In this document: positions 1 to 9,187 of the stretch, piece after piece
Position numbering within the stretch: position 1 is the first letter of the stretch
How the letters are laid out: every line of letters starts with the position of its first letter
Source: Clostridium ganghwense
GTDB taxonomy: Bacteria; Bacillota; Clostridia; Clostridiales; Clostridiaceae
Length of the DNA: 32,000 bases
NCBI RefSeq assembly: GCF_026735165.1
Contig: NZ_JAPQES010000006.1
Location: 217,529-249,528, forward strand
Direction: 5' to 3'
The notes under the pieces: generated by a model
Database searches by the model: none
The model's input: only the letters and a program-made list of their open reading frames with translations
What the model was told of the DNA's origin: nothing
Translations under genes and position numbers: made by a program

Positions 1-41
1 ATATATTAATCACTATGAATTCATATTCTTTAGCTTATACT

Positions 42-845
42 CTAAATTAATTTGGCTATAAGAGATATTGCTTTAGCTGCTGGAACTAACAAAAACTGGG
101 CTAACATCGTACCTACTATTAATCCTCCAACAATAAAGATTATACATCTATCAAACTGCAATTCAGTACATTTCCCTTTTATTACATCATCTGTTAGCAT
201 TGATATAAATGGATCTACGAATATAAACATAAGTATTGTTGAAAGTCCGTTTATAACAGATGATAAAGTGCTACACGTGGTTCTTAATTCTGGATTTAAG
301 CATCCTGCGTACAATGATGATAAAATACCCACAGTTGATATTGAAAATGCTACTGTATTAAGCACAATAATTTTTTTAGGTATCATTTTTAAATTTTTTA
401 ATTGTGCCAAGTTTTCTTTTTTAGGTTTTGTAACACTACTTTTAAACTGCTCTATTCCTGATTTAGAAAAGCCATGTAGTAATAATTTAGGTATAGAACG
501 ATAAATACTAAATGTTTCTACAGCTTTTCCAAAAACCTTTATAAATGTTGGCATTAATAGTGCACCTATAATTGTTGCTAATGTTGTAGAAAATAATATC
601 CACCTAAAAATAAATAGCAAACTTTGAGGATTTCCTGTTTTTATAGTTCCTTCAATTGTTTTAGCCATTAATGGTGCCTGAATACTATTTGCAGTTCTAG
701 AAATTAATGCAAATACGTTGAATACTGCAAAAGAGATTGCTATTCTTCCTGTTCTCACTCCAACAATTCTTACAGAATAAGCTAGGGTTGAGATTATATA
801 TATGATGAATGTGAGAATTAAAACAATTATTATTTGTGTAGACAT
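42..845 (-). CDS. amj: Polytopic membrane protein, Amj-like (DUF2837-type alternate lipid II flippase)
   Basis: 267-aa ORF with many hydrophobic helices. The N-terminal stretch AYSVRIVGVRTGRIAISFAVFNVFALISRTANSIQAPL resembles the conserved N-terminus I recall for B. subtilis Amj/YdaH-type proteins of similar length. A GAGGT Shine-Dalgarno lies upstream of the ATG. Family assignment is from memory only. Confidence 0.5.
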   Translation of the reverse strand: MSTQIIIVLILTFIIYIISTLAYSVRIVGVRTGRIAISFAVFNVFALISRTANSIQAPLMAKTIEGTIKTGNPQSLLFIFRWILFSTTLATIIGALLMPTFIKVFGKAVETFSIYRSIPKLLLHGFSKSGIEQFKSSVTKPKKENLAQLKNLKMIPKKIIVLNTVAFSISTVGILSSLYAGCLNPELRTTCSTLSSVINGLSTILMFIFVDPFISMLTDDVIKGKCTELQFDRCIIFIVGGLIVGTMLAQFLLVPAAKAISLIAKLI

Positions 846-888
846 TTACTTTACCTCGCTATACTTATTTCCTTTCCATGAAAGCTAT

Positions 889-916
889 ATCATAACATTT
901 TACAATTTCGTCTTAA
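889..916 (-). promoter_or_regulatory. Candidate sigma-A promoter for the amj-like gene (extended -10)
   Basis: Minus strand reads TTAAGA, a 16-nt spacer ending in TGt, then TATGAT. The -35 is at 911-916, the TG at 896-897 and the -10 at 889-894. It sits about 45 nt upstream of the start codon at 845. Confidence 0.3.
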
Positions 917-951
917 CACATTATATCTTCTTACGCCGCACTTTCTTTATA

Positions 952-1278
952 TTATTCCTCTGTAAATAAGTAAATTAATATTCCCATAATCCCACCTTTA
1001 CTAATTGTTGAAGCTATTACCTTCTCAGAAATAAACACCCTGACATTTTCCAATACAAAAATTGTAACGATAAAAATCACAAAACCATAAACAATTTTAG
1101 ATTTGAATATATCTTTCATCCTTCTTTTAAAATTAAACTTTTTATTGAAGAAATATAATATAAATGCCGAAACCATACCTGAAAACAAAAATATTAAAAA
1201 ATCAATACTAAATATCCTATTTTTTAAGGTATTTGCCTGCAAATAAAAAATACCTAATGAAAATTTTGTATAATTCAT
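952..1278 (-). CDS. Hypothetical small membrane protein (about 3 TM segments)
   Basis: 108-aa ORF with a GAAAGGTG SD 7-8 nt upstream of the ATG. Hydrophobic segments are separated by a basic loop (KKFNFKRRMKD). I recognise no family. Confidence 0.55.
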   Translation of the reverse strand: MNYTKFSLGIFYLQANTLKNRIFSIDFLIFLFSGMVSAFILYFFNKKFNFKRRMKDIFKSKIVYGFVIFIVTIFVLENVRVFISEKVIASTISKGGIMGILIYLFTEE

Positions 1279-1340
1279 AGTTTACACCTTTCTAATAAAA
1301 GTAAATTATTATGTAATCATTTAACATCAATATATATACA

Positions 1341-1349
1341 ACTATACCA
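1341..1349 (-). promoter_or_regulatory. Candidate extended -10 element (TGgTATAGT) for the 108-aa membrane protein gene
   Basis: Minus strand reads TGGTATAGT about 60 nt upstream of the ATG at 1278, downstream of the operon terminator at 1419-1443. There is no strong -35. Confidence 0.3.
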
Positions 1350-1418
1350 TATTAATACTTGAATTAATCTAAATAGTATATAACCTATAAGCTTCACTAA
1401 AATGCATTTTTGCAAACT

Positions 1419-1443
1419 AAAAAAACTCCCACATCAGTAGGAG
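1419..1443 (-). terminator. Rho-independent terminator closing the cobalamin operon
   Basis: Minus strand reads CTCCTAC-TGAT-GTGGGAG (7-bp stem including one G:U) followed by TTTTTTT. It begins 2 nt after the stop codon of the kinase gene (1445-1447). Confidence 0.7.
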
Positions 1444-1444
1444 C

Positions 1445-2275
1445 TTATTCATTTAACTGTACGCTTTTTAATATATATCTTTTATACCCCTTTGATGACT
1501 TAGTCTTATTCAGTGCTCTCTGAGCCTTTTCCAAGTCATCATATATTACAGCCATCAAGTCACCACTGTGAGCACCTACTATTCCAAGTCCGCCCGTTAT
1601 ATCTTTTAGTCTTATAATATCCCATAAAATATCATACTTTAACCTATTCTGATTTCTTATAATGCTTTCAGTAGAAACTTCTGCTATCTTTTTAATATCT
1701 TTTTGTCTAATCCCCTCTTTTAAATCCTCTATAATGTCATCTATAGAACTTAAAGGAACAGATACTTTTTTATTAAACTCTACTGTATTAACTATATTTT
1801 GTCCTTCAAATACTAATAAATAAAATTCTAAATAATCCCCTATACATTCTTTAAAGGTTCCGTTTTTATAATCAAAAATAGTCATTTTATTGAAAATAAT
1901 ACTATCAGTAGGTTCTATTTTTATACATTCCCTTACAAGCTCGTCTTCATCAAATTCTCTATTAAAGAGCTTTATAAGTGAATAATATGTTCCACAAAGA
2001 TCTGCAGTACTGCTGGCAAAGCCTTTTCCTCTTGGTATATTAGATTCAATGTTAATATCAAGATTATTAATATATTCTTCTAAATTCCACTTATTTAAAA
2101 GATTTTCTAATAACCTAAAAGATTTTGAATGCAACCCTCTTTTTATGCGATTACATTCAAAGACTTTAACCTTTGTAAAAAGATTTATAGGACATGATAA
2201 AAGAACATCTTTCCCATTAAGATTACCTTGAAGTATTTCTCCTATACTTCCTGGATAATAAGTTACAACTTCCAT
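1445..2275 (-). CDS. pduX: GHMP-family kinase, PduX-like L-threonine kinase (aminopropanol-phosphate branch of B12 synthesis)
   Basis: 276-aa ORF. The motif PRGKGFASSTADLCG matches GHMP kinase motif II in the SSTAD form typical of PduX. It is the last gene of the cob operon, which also encodes CobD threonine-phosphate decarboxylase. Confidence 0.7.
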   Translation of the reverse strand: MEVVTYYPGSIGEILQGNLNGKDVLLSCPINLFTKVKVFECNRIKRGLHSKSFRLLENLLNKWNLEEYINNLDINIESNIPRGKGFASSTADLCGTYYSLIKLFNREFDEDELVRECIKIEPTDSIIFNKMTIFDYKNGTFKECIGDYLEFYLLVFEGQNIVNTVEFNKKVSVPLSSIDDIIEDLKEGIRQKDIKKIAEVSTESIIRNQNRLKYDILWDIIRLKDITGGLGIVGAHSGDLMAVIYDDLEKAQRALNKTKSSKGYKRYILKSVQLNE

Positions 2276-2302
2276 ATCTGATTCCTTAGCTCCTCTTTAG
2301 AT

Positions 2303-3004
2303 TTATATTTTACACACAATCAAGCATATCAAAATAAAGTTATAGATTAATACACAACTAAATCTCTTAAGAGAAAAATCAAATTTTTTCTCCATATAAG
2401 GCATGTATCCTCTGTAGCATCTGCTGTTTATTCCATCTCTGATTTCCGTCCATCTTCTCATAGTGTTTATAAATAAAAGTCCTGCCATTTTACCTATATT
2501 TTTTACTTTTAGAGAAAATGTATTAAATCCACTTCTAGATTTTATTGATTTATTCATTACAATGTACTCATCCTCAATAAGTATGAGAAATCTCTCCATG
2601 CTTTTAGCAATATCACATACATCTCTTAGTCCATCATTTTTTGAACCAAAATACAATATATCGTCTATGGGTGTAGTTAGTGCTATAAATGCTAAGCCTA
2701 TTCCACCTGATATGGATTTTAACAGAATAACACTGCAGTAGATTATTCCATAGTCAAAAACAAAAGTTATTGAGGATAATAATGCAAATAATGTTGTTGC
2801 AAATATAAATTTTACTACTATTTTCATAGGATTTTTAGAAATCATGTGAATCAAAATGAAAACTAGTATATTTATTATTAGAGGAATAGGGTTATTTGCA
2901 AATCCACAGATTACAATAGGTCCTAATGCTAAAAGTGCTTTTTCTAGTGGATGAATAATTGAAAGTTTACTTGTCTTGGATAGAGCTATTATTAGTCTTA
3001 GCAT
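2303..3004 (-). CDS. cbiQ: Cobalt ECF transporter transmembrane (T) component CbiQ
   Basis: 233-aa polytopic ORF directly after cbiM-cbiN. The N-terminus LSIIHPLEKALLAL resembles the CbiQ/EcfT start. An AGGAAAG SD is present. Its start overlaps the cbiN 3' end by 38 nt. Confidence 0.8.
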   Translation of the reverse strand: MLRLIIALSKTSKLSIIHPLEKALLALGPIVICGFANNPIPLIINILVFILIHMISKNPMKIVVKFIFATTLFALLSSITFVFDYGIIYCSVILLKSISGGIGLAFIALTTPIDDILYFGSKNDGLRDVCDIAKSMERFLILIEDEYIVMNKSIKSRSGFNTFSLKVKNIGKMAGLLFINTMRRWTEIRDGINSRCYRGYMPYMEKKFDFSLKRFSCVLIYNFILICLIVCKI

Positions 3005-3260
3005 TGCTTTTCTTTCCTACATAATATCCTATAAAGCCTGCTCCTATTGCAGCTTGTAGTGCAAACAGAAGACTTTCAATTTCTCCTGATGGCGGCTCCC
3101 AAATACTGCTGAACCAAGGTTTATAGTTTTGATTTAATTGAGCTATTGTACCTTCTATTTGTCCATCTGCTCCTCCAAATTCACCTTTTCCTCCTATAAT
3201 AAGACAGCCTACTACTATAACAACACAAAGAATCCATAACACCCTATTACTTTTTTTCAT
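2967..3260 (-). CDS. cbiN: Cobalt transport protein CbiN
   Basis: Small 2-TM protein with MKKSNRVLWILCVVIVV and WEPPSGEIESLLFALQAAIGAGFIGYYVGKK, typical of CbiN. I place the start at the ATG at 3260, preceded by GGGAGGA. The track start at 3275 is a TTG lying inside that SD. Confidence 0.85.
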   Translation of the reverse strand: MKKSNRVLWILCVVIVVGCLIIGGKGEFGGADGQIEGTIAQLNQNYKPWFSSIWEPPSGEIESLLFALQAAIGAGFIGYYVGKKSNAKTNNSSIQDK

Positions 3261-3262
3261 CT

Positions 3263-3985
3263 CTATTCCTCCCAACTTAAATCTTTTAACTCTTGTATTG
3301 AATATTTTTGTATAAAATCAAAAATTATTACTGTAATAATTCCTTCTATAATTGCAAGAGGAATTTGAGTTATTGCAAAGATAGAAACAAATTTTATGAA
3401 GGAAGTCGCAGCCCCACCAATGGCAGCTGGGAAAGAAAAAGCAAGCTGTACAGAAGTAGTTAGATATGTAGCTAAATCTCCAAGTGCTGCTGCAAAGAAA
3501 ACAGCTGCTCTCTTATTTTTATTTTTCAATAATTTATAAACTATAAATGACACTATAGGTCCTACAATCCCCATTGAAAACACGTTGGCTCCAAGAGTTG
3601 TAAGTCCACCATGAGCAAGTAAAACAGCTTGAAATACCAACACTAATGTTCCTACTACAGCCATAACACTTGGTCCAAAAATTATTGCACCAAGCCCTGT
3701 TCCTGTTGGATGTGAGCAACTCCCTGTAACTGAAGGCAGCTTCATTGCTGATAAAATAAATGCATATGCTGCAACAAGACCTAAAAGCATTTTTAAATCC
3801 TTATTTTTTTCTGTCTTTTTCTTAATATCTCTAATTCCTAAGTAAATAAACGGTGCAGAAAGTACAAAATAAACTAAACACCATTTAGGGGGTAAAAATC
3901 CTTCTCCTATGTGCATAGCATAAGCTGGATAACTCATCATAAAAGTAAATAGCACTACTAATAATATAAAATGTTTTTTCTTCAT
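3263..3985 (-). CDS. cbiM: Cobalt ECF transporter substrate-capture component CbiM
   Basis: 240-aa ORF. A signal-like N-terminus is followed by AMHIGEGFLPPKWC, the conserved processed CbiM N-terminus (MHI.EG). Multiple TM helices; position precedes cbiN. Confidence 0.9.
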   Translation of the reverse strand: MKKKHFILLVVLFTFMMSYPAYAMHIGEGFLPPKWCLVYFVLSAPFIYLGIRDIKKKTEKNKDLKMLLGLVAAYAFILSAMKLPSVTGSCSHPTGTGLGAIIFGPSVMAVVGTLVLVFQAVLLAHGGLTTLGANVFSMGIVGPIVSFIVYKLLKNKNKRAAVFFAAALGDLATYLTTSVQLAFSFPAAIGGAATSFIKFVSIFAITQIPLAIIEGIITVIIFDFIQKYSIQELKDLSWEE

Positions 3986-3999
3986 TTGTTTTTTTCCTC

Positions 4000-4776
4000 C
4001 TAAATCTTACTTTTTAAATAATCTACCAAAGCTTCTTCACTAGAATATACATTTTCATACTTTGTAATATTTCTCTTTAAAACAAAAGCATATATTCCAC
4101 AATCCTTTGAAGCTTTTAGCTTTTCTTCGGTACCTCCAGCTCTGCCGCTGTCCTTTAATATTATTGCTTTTGCATTGTATTCTTTTATAAAAGCGCAATT
4201 TAGTTCGTAGCTTACTGGTCCTTTGATAGCAATTAAATTCTCTATCTTCACATCTAAAGAAAACATCTTTTCCATTACTTTTGTTGAAGGTAAAATTCTG
4301 TGTACTATTCTATTATCTAATTTTAATTCCTGTATTTTTTCTATATTTCGGCTGCCAGTTGTATTTAATATACATCCTTCGAAATTTGCTAGCTTATCTT
4401 TTAGTTCTTCATAACTTTCCACTTCAATTATCCATTTTTCATCCTTATATTTTTTAATTATTGATGGTCTTTCATATCTCACATACTCTATAGAAAGTTC
4501 CATGCAGATTTTTTGTGCATTCTTTGTAATCTCCTCTGCATAAGGATGAGATGCATCTACTAATGTGGTAACTCCATTGTTAATTAAAGCTTCTTTTAGA
4601 TTTTGCTCATCTAAAGGCTTAGTATTTAAAACCTTATACTTATAATCCTTTAATAACTCTCCACCATAAGTTGTTGCAGTAGTTACAAAGATATCCTCTG
4701 TGTATTTGTTTAATAATGAAAGTATTTTCTTACCCTCTGAAGTTCCCAAAATCAATCCAATCATTTTATTTTTCAC
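4000..4776 (-). CDS. cbiJ: Cobalt-precorrin-6A reductase CbiJ
   Basis: 258 aa. N-terminal IGLILGTSEGKKI and overall length and position (after cbiH) fit CbiJ/CobK. The start overlaps the cbiH stop by 4 nt. Confidence 0.8.
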   Translation of the reverse strand: MKNKMIGLILGTSEGKKILSLLNKYTEDIFVTTATTYGGELLKDYKYKVLNTKPLDEQNLKEALINNGVTTLVDASHPYAEEITKNAQKICMELSIEYVRYERPSIIKKYKDEKWIIEVESYEELKDKLANFEGCILNTTGSRNIEKIQELKLDNRIVHRILPSTKVMEKMFSLDVKIENLIAIKGPVSYELNCAFIKEYNAKAIILKDSGRAGGTEEKLKASKDCGIYAFVLKRNITKYENVYSSEEALVDYLKSKI

Positions 4777-5501
4777 TCCTGATTTTTTATAGCATAGCCT
4801 CTTGGTGTAACAAAAGTATCTCCTTTTAGATAACTTTTACTATTACCTACAATCACTATAGAAAACATATCTACAATACTGTCATCAAAAGTATCCAAAG
4901 TAGCAATTGTTACTTCTTGTCCATCTCTTAAAGCATTTTTAACTACTGCAACAGGGGTACTACCTTCTCTGTATTTCATTATTATATCTATACACTCTCT
5001 TAAATAATGAGGTCTGCCATTACTTCTTGGATTATAAAGTGAAATTACAAAATCCCCCTCAGCTGCAAGCTGTACTCTCCTTTTTATAAGCTCATAAGGA
5101 GTCATTAAATCACTCAAGCTTATGTTACAATTATCATGCATAAGAGGTGCTCCAACTACAGAGGCTGCTGAAGAAGACGCTGTAACTCCTGGAATTATTT
5201 CAACTTCTTCATCACTTCTCATTTCTAAAATTAACCCAGCCATTCCATATATACCTGAATCACCAGTACTTATTATTGATACTGTCTTATCCCTGCAAAG
5301 TTTTAATGCTTCTTTGCATCTTTCCTTTTCACCCTTCATTCCTGTTGAAAACAATTCTTTATCCTTGATTAAAGGCTTAATAAATTCTATATATTTGTGA
5401 TATCCAACTACAACTTCACTCTCTTCTAAAGCCTTTACTGCCTTTAAAGTCATATGTTCAAGACCACCTGGGCCTATTCCAACAACATATAATTTTCCCA
5501 A
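4773..5501 (-). CDS. cbiH: Cobalt-factor III / cobalt-precorrin-3B C17-methyltransferase CbiH
   Basis: 242 aa. The tetrapyrrole methylase N-terminus LYVVGIGPGGLEHMTLKA, length and position between cbiG and cbiJ fit CbiH. Confidence 0.85.
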   Translation of the reverse strand: MGKLYVVGIGPGGLEHMTLKAVKALEESEVVVGYHKYIEFIKPLIKDKELFSTGMKGEKERCKEALKLCRDKTVSIISTGDSGIYGMAGLILEMRSDEEVEIIPGVTASSSAASVVGAPLMHDNCNISLSDLMTPYELIKRRVQLAAEGDFVISLYNPRSNGRPHYLRECIDIIMKYREGSTPVAVVKNALRDGQEVTIATLDTFDDSIVDMFSIVIVGNSKSYLKGDTFVTPRGYAIKNQE

Positions 5502-5504
5502 TAC

Positions 5505-6503
5505 TTATTCCTCGCTTTCTCCAATACATATAGTCATACCGTCACAGCGTATTTTCCCAGTTAGCAATCTTCCACCGCTAAGTTCCACACAAGGTTCACA
5601 AACTGCTCGTACTCCTATGCTTTTCTTTACAAAATCACTACCTTGGTATTTATCTTCAATATTTTCTATTTGCTCCAAAGTGAATATCTTTAGTTCGCTA
5701 TTTAATGTTTTAGCAAGCTCTATTATAGCTTTTTCATCTTTCTTTACCTCTGCTGTTGCTATAACACTTACTGATCTAATATCTATATTATTTTCCTCCA
5801 ATACTTCTCTAACTGTTTTTTGCATTTTTTCCGTATCAAAATCTCTTCTGCACCCAATTCCAAGAATTATATTTCTTCTTATAAGCTTTAGATCTTGAAT
5901 ATTGAGTTTCACTTCATACCCTTGAAGCTTATTTGTTACATAAACTATTCCTTTTGCTTCCTCTATCCTATCTGTATAACCCTTTGGAATAGCTATAACT
6001 CCTTTGTCATCTATAAAAGCTACCTTTTTGCCTTCAACTAGCTTTGCAGCAATATACTTAGCTTTCTTCAAATCATCTATTACTAAATTATTTTCCTTGG
6101 CAACAATATCTGGAGCAGTAACTCCTAGATTGTCCGTTGCAGTAGTGATTACTGGTTGTGCTCCTAATATATTTGCAATCTTTAATGTCAACTCGTTAGC
6201 TCCACCTAAATGACCGCTTGCCAAACTTATTACAAATTTAGCCGAACTGTCTATAACTAAAACCGCAGGATCTACAGCTTTTCCTTTAAGAAAAGGAGCA
6301 ATTGACCTTACTGCAATTCCTGTTGAAGCTATAAAAATTAGAGCTTCATAACTTTCCATAAGCTCTTCTGTTATCTTTTTTATAGCAAAATCTTCTATAT
6401 TGTTCTTAGAAAATAACTTTATATCTAAGAAATCCCAAAGCTTATTTGCTATTAAATCCCCCTGATTTGTAACACTTATAACTCCTATTTTCATAAAACT
6501 CAT
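5505..6503 (-). CDS. cbiG: Cobalt-precorrin-5A hydrolase CbiG
   Basis: 332 aa with two-domain CbiG-like architecture. It lies between cbiF and cbiH as in anaerobic cob operons. Confidence 0.8.
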   Translation of the reverse strand: MSFMKIGVISVTNQGDLIANKLWDFLDIKLFSKNNIEDFAIKKITEELMESYEALIFIASTGIAVRSIAPFLKGKAVDPAVLVIDSSAKFVISLASGHLGGANELTLKIANILGAQPVITTATDNLGVTAPDIVAKENNLVIDDLKKAKYIAAKLVEGKKVAFIDDKGVIAIPKGYTDRIEEAKGIVYVTNKLQGYEVKLNIQDLKLIRRNIILGIGCRRDFDTEKMQKTVREVLEENNIDIRSVSVIATAEVKKDEKAIIELAKTLNSELKIFTLEQIENIEDKYQGSDFVKKSIGVRAVCEPCVELSGGRLLTGKIRCDGMTICIGESEE

Positions 6504-6505
6504 CC

Positions 6506-7255
6506 CTATTTTCCCTGTCTATACATATGTGTAAAGCTCTTATTATAAAGAAGACTTTTTTCATACTCACAATCAATAAAGTCGCCTACCAATATTTGTG
6601 CACACTTTACTATATTGACTTTTTTAACCTTTTCAGATATATCATCAAGAGTTCCTATTATTGCTCTCTCATTTTCCCAAGTTGCTCTTTCAACTACCGC
6701 TACCGGAACATTTCTTCCATAACCTTTTCTAAGTTTTTCAACTACCTTATCTATCATGCTAACAGAAAGGAATATAGCCATTGATGCTCCTATTTTTGCT
6801 AAATTCTCTAAATCCTCTGTTTCCGGTACAGGAGTTCTGCCTTCCACTCTTGTTAAAATTACTGTTTGAGTTACATTTGGAAGAGTAAACTCCTTTTTGA
6901 TAACTGATGCCGCAGCTGTAAATGAACTTACTCCTGGAACTACTTCATATGATATATCAAGTTTTTCTAATTCATCCATCTGCTCTTTTATTGCGCCGTA
7001 TATAGCTGGGTCTCCTGTATGAAGTCTAACAACTTCTTTGTTCTCACTGTGAGCCTTTTTCGTAACCTCTATAACTTCTTCTAAGGTCATAGATGCTGAA
7101 TTATATGTTTCTGCTTCATCCTTGCAAAAGCTTAAATGCTCCTTACTTACAAGAGAACCTGCATATATTACTACATCTGCTTTTGATAAAATATCTCTTC
7201 CTTTAACTGTAATTAAATCTACATCTCCAGGCCCTGCTCCAATAAAATAAACCAT
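6506..7255 (-). CDS. cbiF: Cobalt-precorrin-4 C11-methyltransferase CbiF
   Basis: 249 aa. MVYFIGAGPGDVDLITVKG...VIYAGSLV is the characteristic CbiF/CobM N-terminus. Confidence 0.9.
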   Translation of the reverse strand: MVYFIGAGPGDVDLITVKGRDILSKADVVIYAGSLVSKEHLSFCKDEAETYNSASMTLEEVIEVTKKAHSENKEVVRLHTGDPAIYGAIKEQMDELEKLDISYEVVPGVSSFTAAASVIKKEFTLPNVTQTVILTRVEGRTPVPETEDLENLAKIGASMAIFLSVSMIDKVVEKLRKGYGRNVPVAVVERATWENERAIIGTLDDISEKVKKVNIVKCAQILVGDFIDCEYEKSLLYNKSFTHMYRQGK

Positions 7256-7279
7256 CTTTTACCCTCCATTTCTATTTGA

Positions 7280-7945
7280 TTACTTTCTATTTGCTATAAT
7301 CAATGCCATGTATTCTCTGTTTTTTAGTATCTCTTCTCTGTTTCTTAAAACTTCTTGTCCTTCTCTTCCTGCTTTCTTTACATAAACATATTTAAAACCT
7401 TTTTCCTCAAGAAAATTTATAATATCTTCTTCATGCTTGTACACTTTCATGATTACAAGAAATTTTTCATCTTTCACAGTATGTATTTTATTTCCAGGCA
7501 ATATTAATAAAGGTTCATTACCTATTACTAAAGTCTCTTTAGCAAGACTAGCACAAGCACAGAATGAAGTTATTCCTGGTACTGTTTCTGTTTCAAAGCC
7601 TTTTTTCTCGATATGCTCTAAAAGATATATGTATGTACTATACACCAAAGGATCGCCTATAGTTAGAAATGCTACATCCTTTCCCTGCTCTAGTTTTTCT
7701 TCAATTGACTTGAAAGCCTGATATATTTTTTCTTCTCGGTCTGCTCCTCCCATAGGAAAATGCTTTATTACTACTTCTGCATCTTCTTTTATAAACTCCG
7801 CTGCAGTATCTAAAGAAATACTTTTCCCACCATCTACTGCACTTGGTGCCACTATTACATCACAATTTTCTATTACTCTTACTGCTTTTAAAGTTAATAG
7901 TTCTTTATCTCCTGGTCCTACACCTATTCCATATAACTTAGCCAT
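7280..7945 (-). CDS. cbiL: Cobalt-factor II (cobalt-precorrin-2) C20-methyltransferase CbiL
   Basis: 221 aa. LYGIGVGPGDKELLTLKA is a tetrapyrrole methylase motif. Size and position upstream of cbiF fit CbiL. Confidence 0.8.
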   Translation of the reverse strand: MAKLYGIGVGPGDKELLTLKAVRVIENCDVIVAPSAVDGGKSISLDTAAEFIKEDAEVVIKHFPMGGADREEKIYQAFKSIEEKLEQGKDVAFLTIGDPLVYSTYIYLLEHIEKKGFETETVPGITSFCACASLAKETLVIGNEPLLILPGNKIHTVKDEKFLVIMKVYKHEEDIINFLEEKGFKYVYVKKAGREGQEVLRNREEILKNREYMALIIANRK

Positions 7946-8506
7946 TTACTTCCTCCCGCTTAAAATGAATATTGGATTATTTGCGAAAAGCATATAACTC
8001 TTACCTTTAGTTTTACTTATTGATACCTGAGTACATTCAACCTCAAACTCCAATTGTCTTAATGTGTTCATAGCCTTATATAAATTATCAATAGTAATAA
8101 AGTTTAAAACAATTTTTCTACCTTTTTTTAGTTTTAAGCTATATTTTTTTATTATCTCTTCTATATTTCCACCACTGCCGCCTATGAAAATTCCATCAAA
8201 GCTTCCTTCTATTTTGCTTTCTGCCTCTAAAGCTTCACCTTCTATAATTTCTAAATTATCTGCTTGGAACTTCTCTTTGTTTTTGTACAGAACCTCTATG
8301 GCTTCTTTATCCCTTTCAACAGCTATCACAGAGCCATCTCTGCAAATCTTGCTCATCTGAATACTTATAGAGCCTGTACCTGCACCAATGTCTAAAACTC
8401 TATCTTCTTCTCTCAATTCCATTTTAGCTACACTTAAAATCCTCACTTCTTCCTTTGTCATAGGACAATTTCCTCTTATAAATTCCTCATCCTTTATGTA
8501 AATCAT
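7946..8506 (-). CDS. cbiT: Cobalt-precorrin-6B C15-methyltransferase (decarboxylating) CbiT
   Basis: 186 aa. It has the class I SAM-methyltransferase motif VLDIGAGTGSISIQ and the N-terminal PMTKEEVR typical of CbiT. It directly follows cbiE. Confidence 0.85.
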   Translation of the reverse strand: MIYIKDEEFIRGNCPMTKEEVRILSVAKMELREEDRVLDIGAGTGSISIQMSKICRDGSVIAVERDKEAIEVLYKNKEKFQADNLEIIEGEALEAESKIEGSFDGIFIGGSGGNIEEIIKKYSLKLKKGRKIVLNFITIDNLYKAMNTLRQLEFEVECTQVSISKTKGKSYMLFANNPIFILSGRK

Positions 8507-8508
8507 TT

Positions 8509-9117
8509 TTATTCTCCTAACTTTTCTATAATCACCACAGTAAGATTGCTAAAATCCATATCTTTTAATTCCTCTGGATATCCTATAGTGATTTTTTCAT
8601 CTGAATAAGACAAGTTTTCACCTACATATACTTTTGCATTAATCTTCTCATTAAATAATTTCTTACATAACATATCAGGAGAATTATTTTTATCAGTGAG
8701 CCATATAGAAAGCTTATGCTCCTTAACCTTATTTAAAAAATCTTCTTCTCGCCCATGAAGACTTCCTAAAAAACAACCCTGCCAAGCTTTATTAAGCCTT
8801 GCTGTCATATATTGAAAAGAACTTATTCCTGGTATAACCTGAACTTTTCCCCTATAATTTTTCCCTACATACTCTGCTATACCGTAAAAGCAAGGATCTC
8901 CTGATGCTATTATAGAAATTTCTTTATTATCCTCAGTATTAATAAACTCTAAAATTTCCTTTAAACTAGTTACTACTTTCTTATCTACATTCAGAAATTC
9001 TATACTTTGAAGTGCTCTCTTAAATCCTAAAACTACATCTGATTTTTTCAAAGTTTCTAAAGCCTTAGGCAGGATATACTCTCTACTACCTGGTCCAAGC
9101 CCCACTATATTTACCAT
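8509..9117 (-). CDS. cbiE: Cobalt-precorrin-7 C5-methyltransferase CbiE
   Basis: 202 aa. VNIVGLGPGSREYILPKA is a tetrapyrrole methylase motif. It is paired with cbiT immediately downstream. Confidence 0.85.
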   Translation of the reverse strand: MVNIVGLGPGSREYILPKALETLKKSDVVLGFKRALQSIEFLNVDKKVVTSLKEILEFINTEDNKEISIIASGDPCFYGIAEYVGKNYRGKVQVIPGISSFQYMTARLNKAWQGCFLGSLHGREEDFLNKVKEHKLSIWLTDKNNSPDMLCKKLFNEKINAKVYVGENLSYSDEKITIGYPEELKDMDFSNLTVVIIEKLGE

Positions 9118-9187
9118 ACTTCACCATCCATCAATCAACTTATATCCATAATCACTTAGTACCCACCACCTAGTCACTAGCTACTGG

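Noticed and set aside
3261-3275. N-terminal extensions suggested by the ORF track for cbiN (3275), cbiA (12280) and hemL (19756).
   Set aside because: For cbiN and cbiA the extended start is a TTG lying within the SD of a downstream ATG that gives the canonical N-terminus. For hemL the extended start at 19756 lies inside hemB, upstream of the AAGGAGGA SD (19732-19739) that serves the ATG at 19726. I used the ATG starts.
3534-3719. 61-aa minus-strand ORF inside cbiM in another frame.
   Set aside because: It is nested out of frame within a strongly supported CbiM coding sequence, with no SD and a Cys/Trp/Arg-rich shadow-frame composition.
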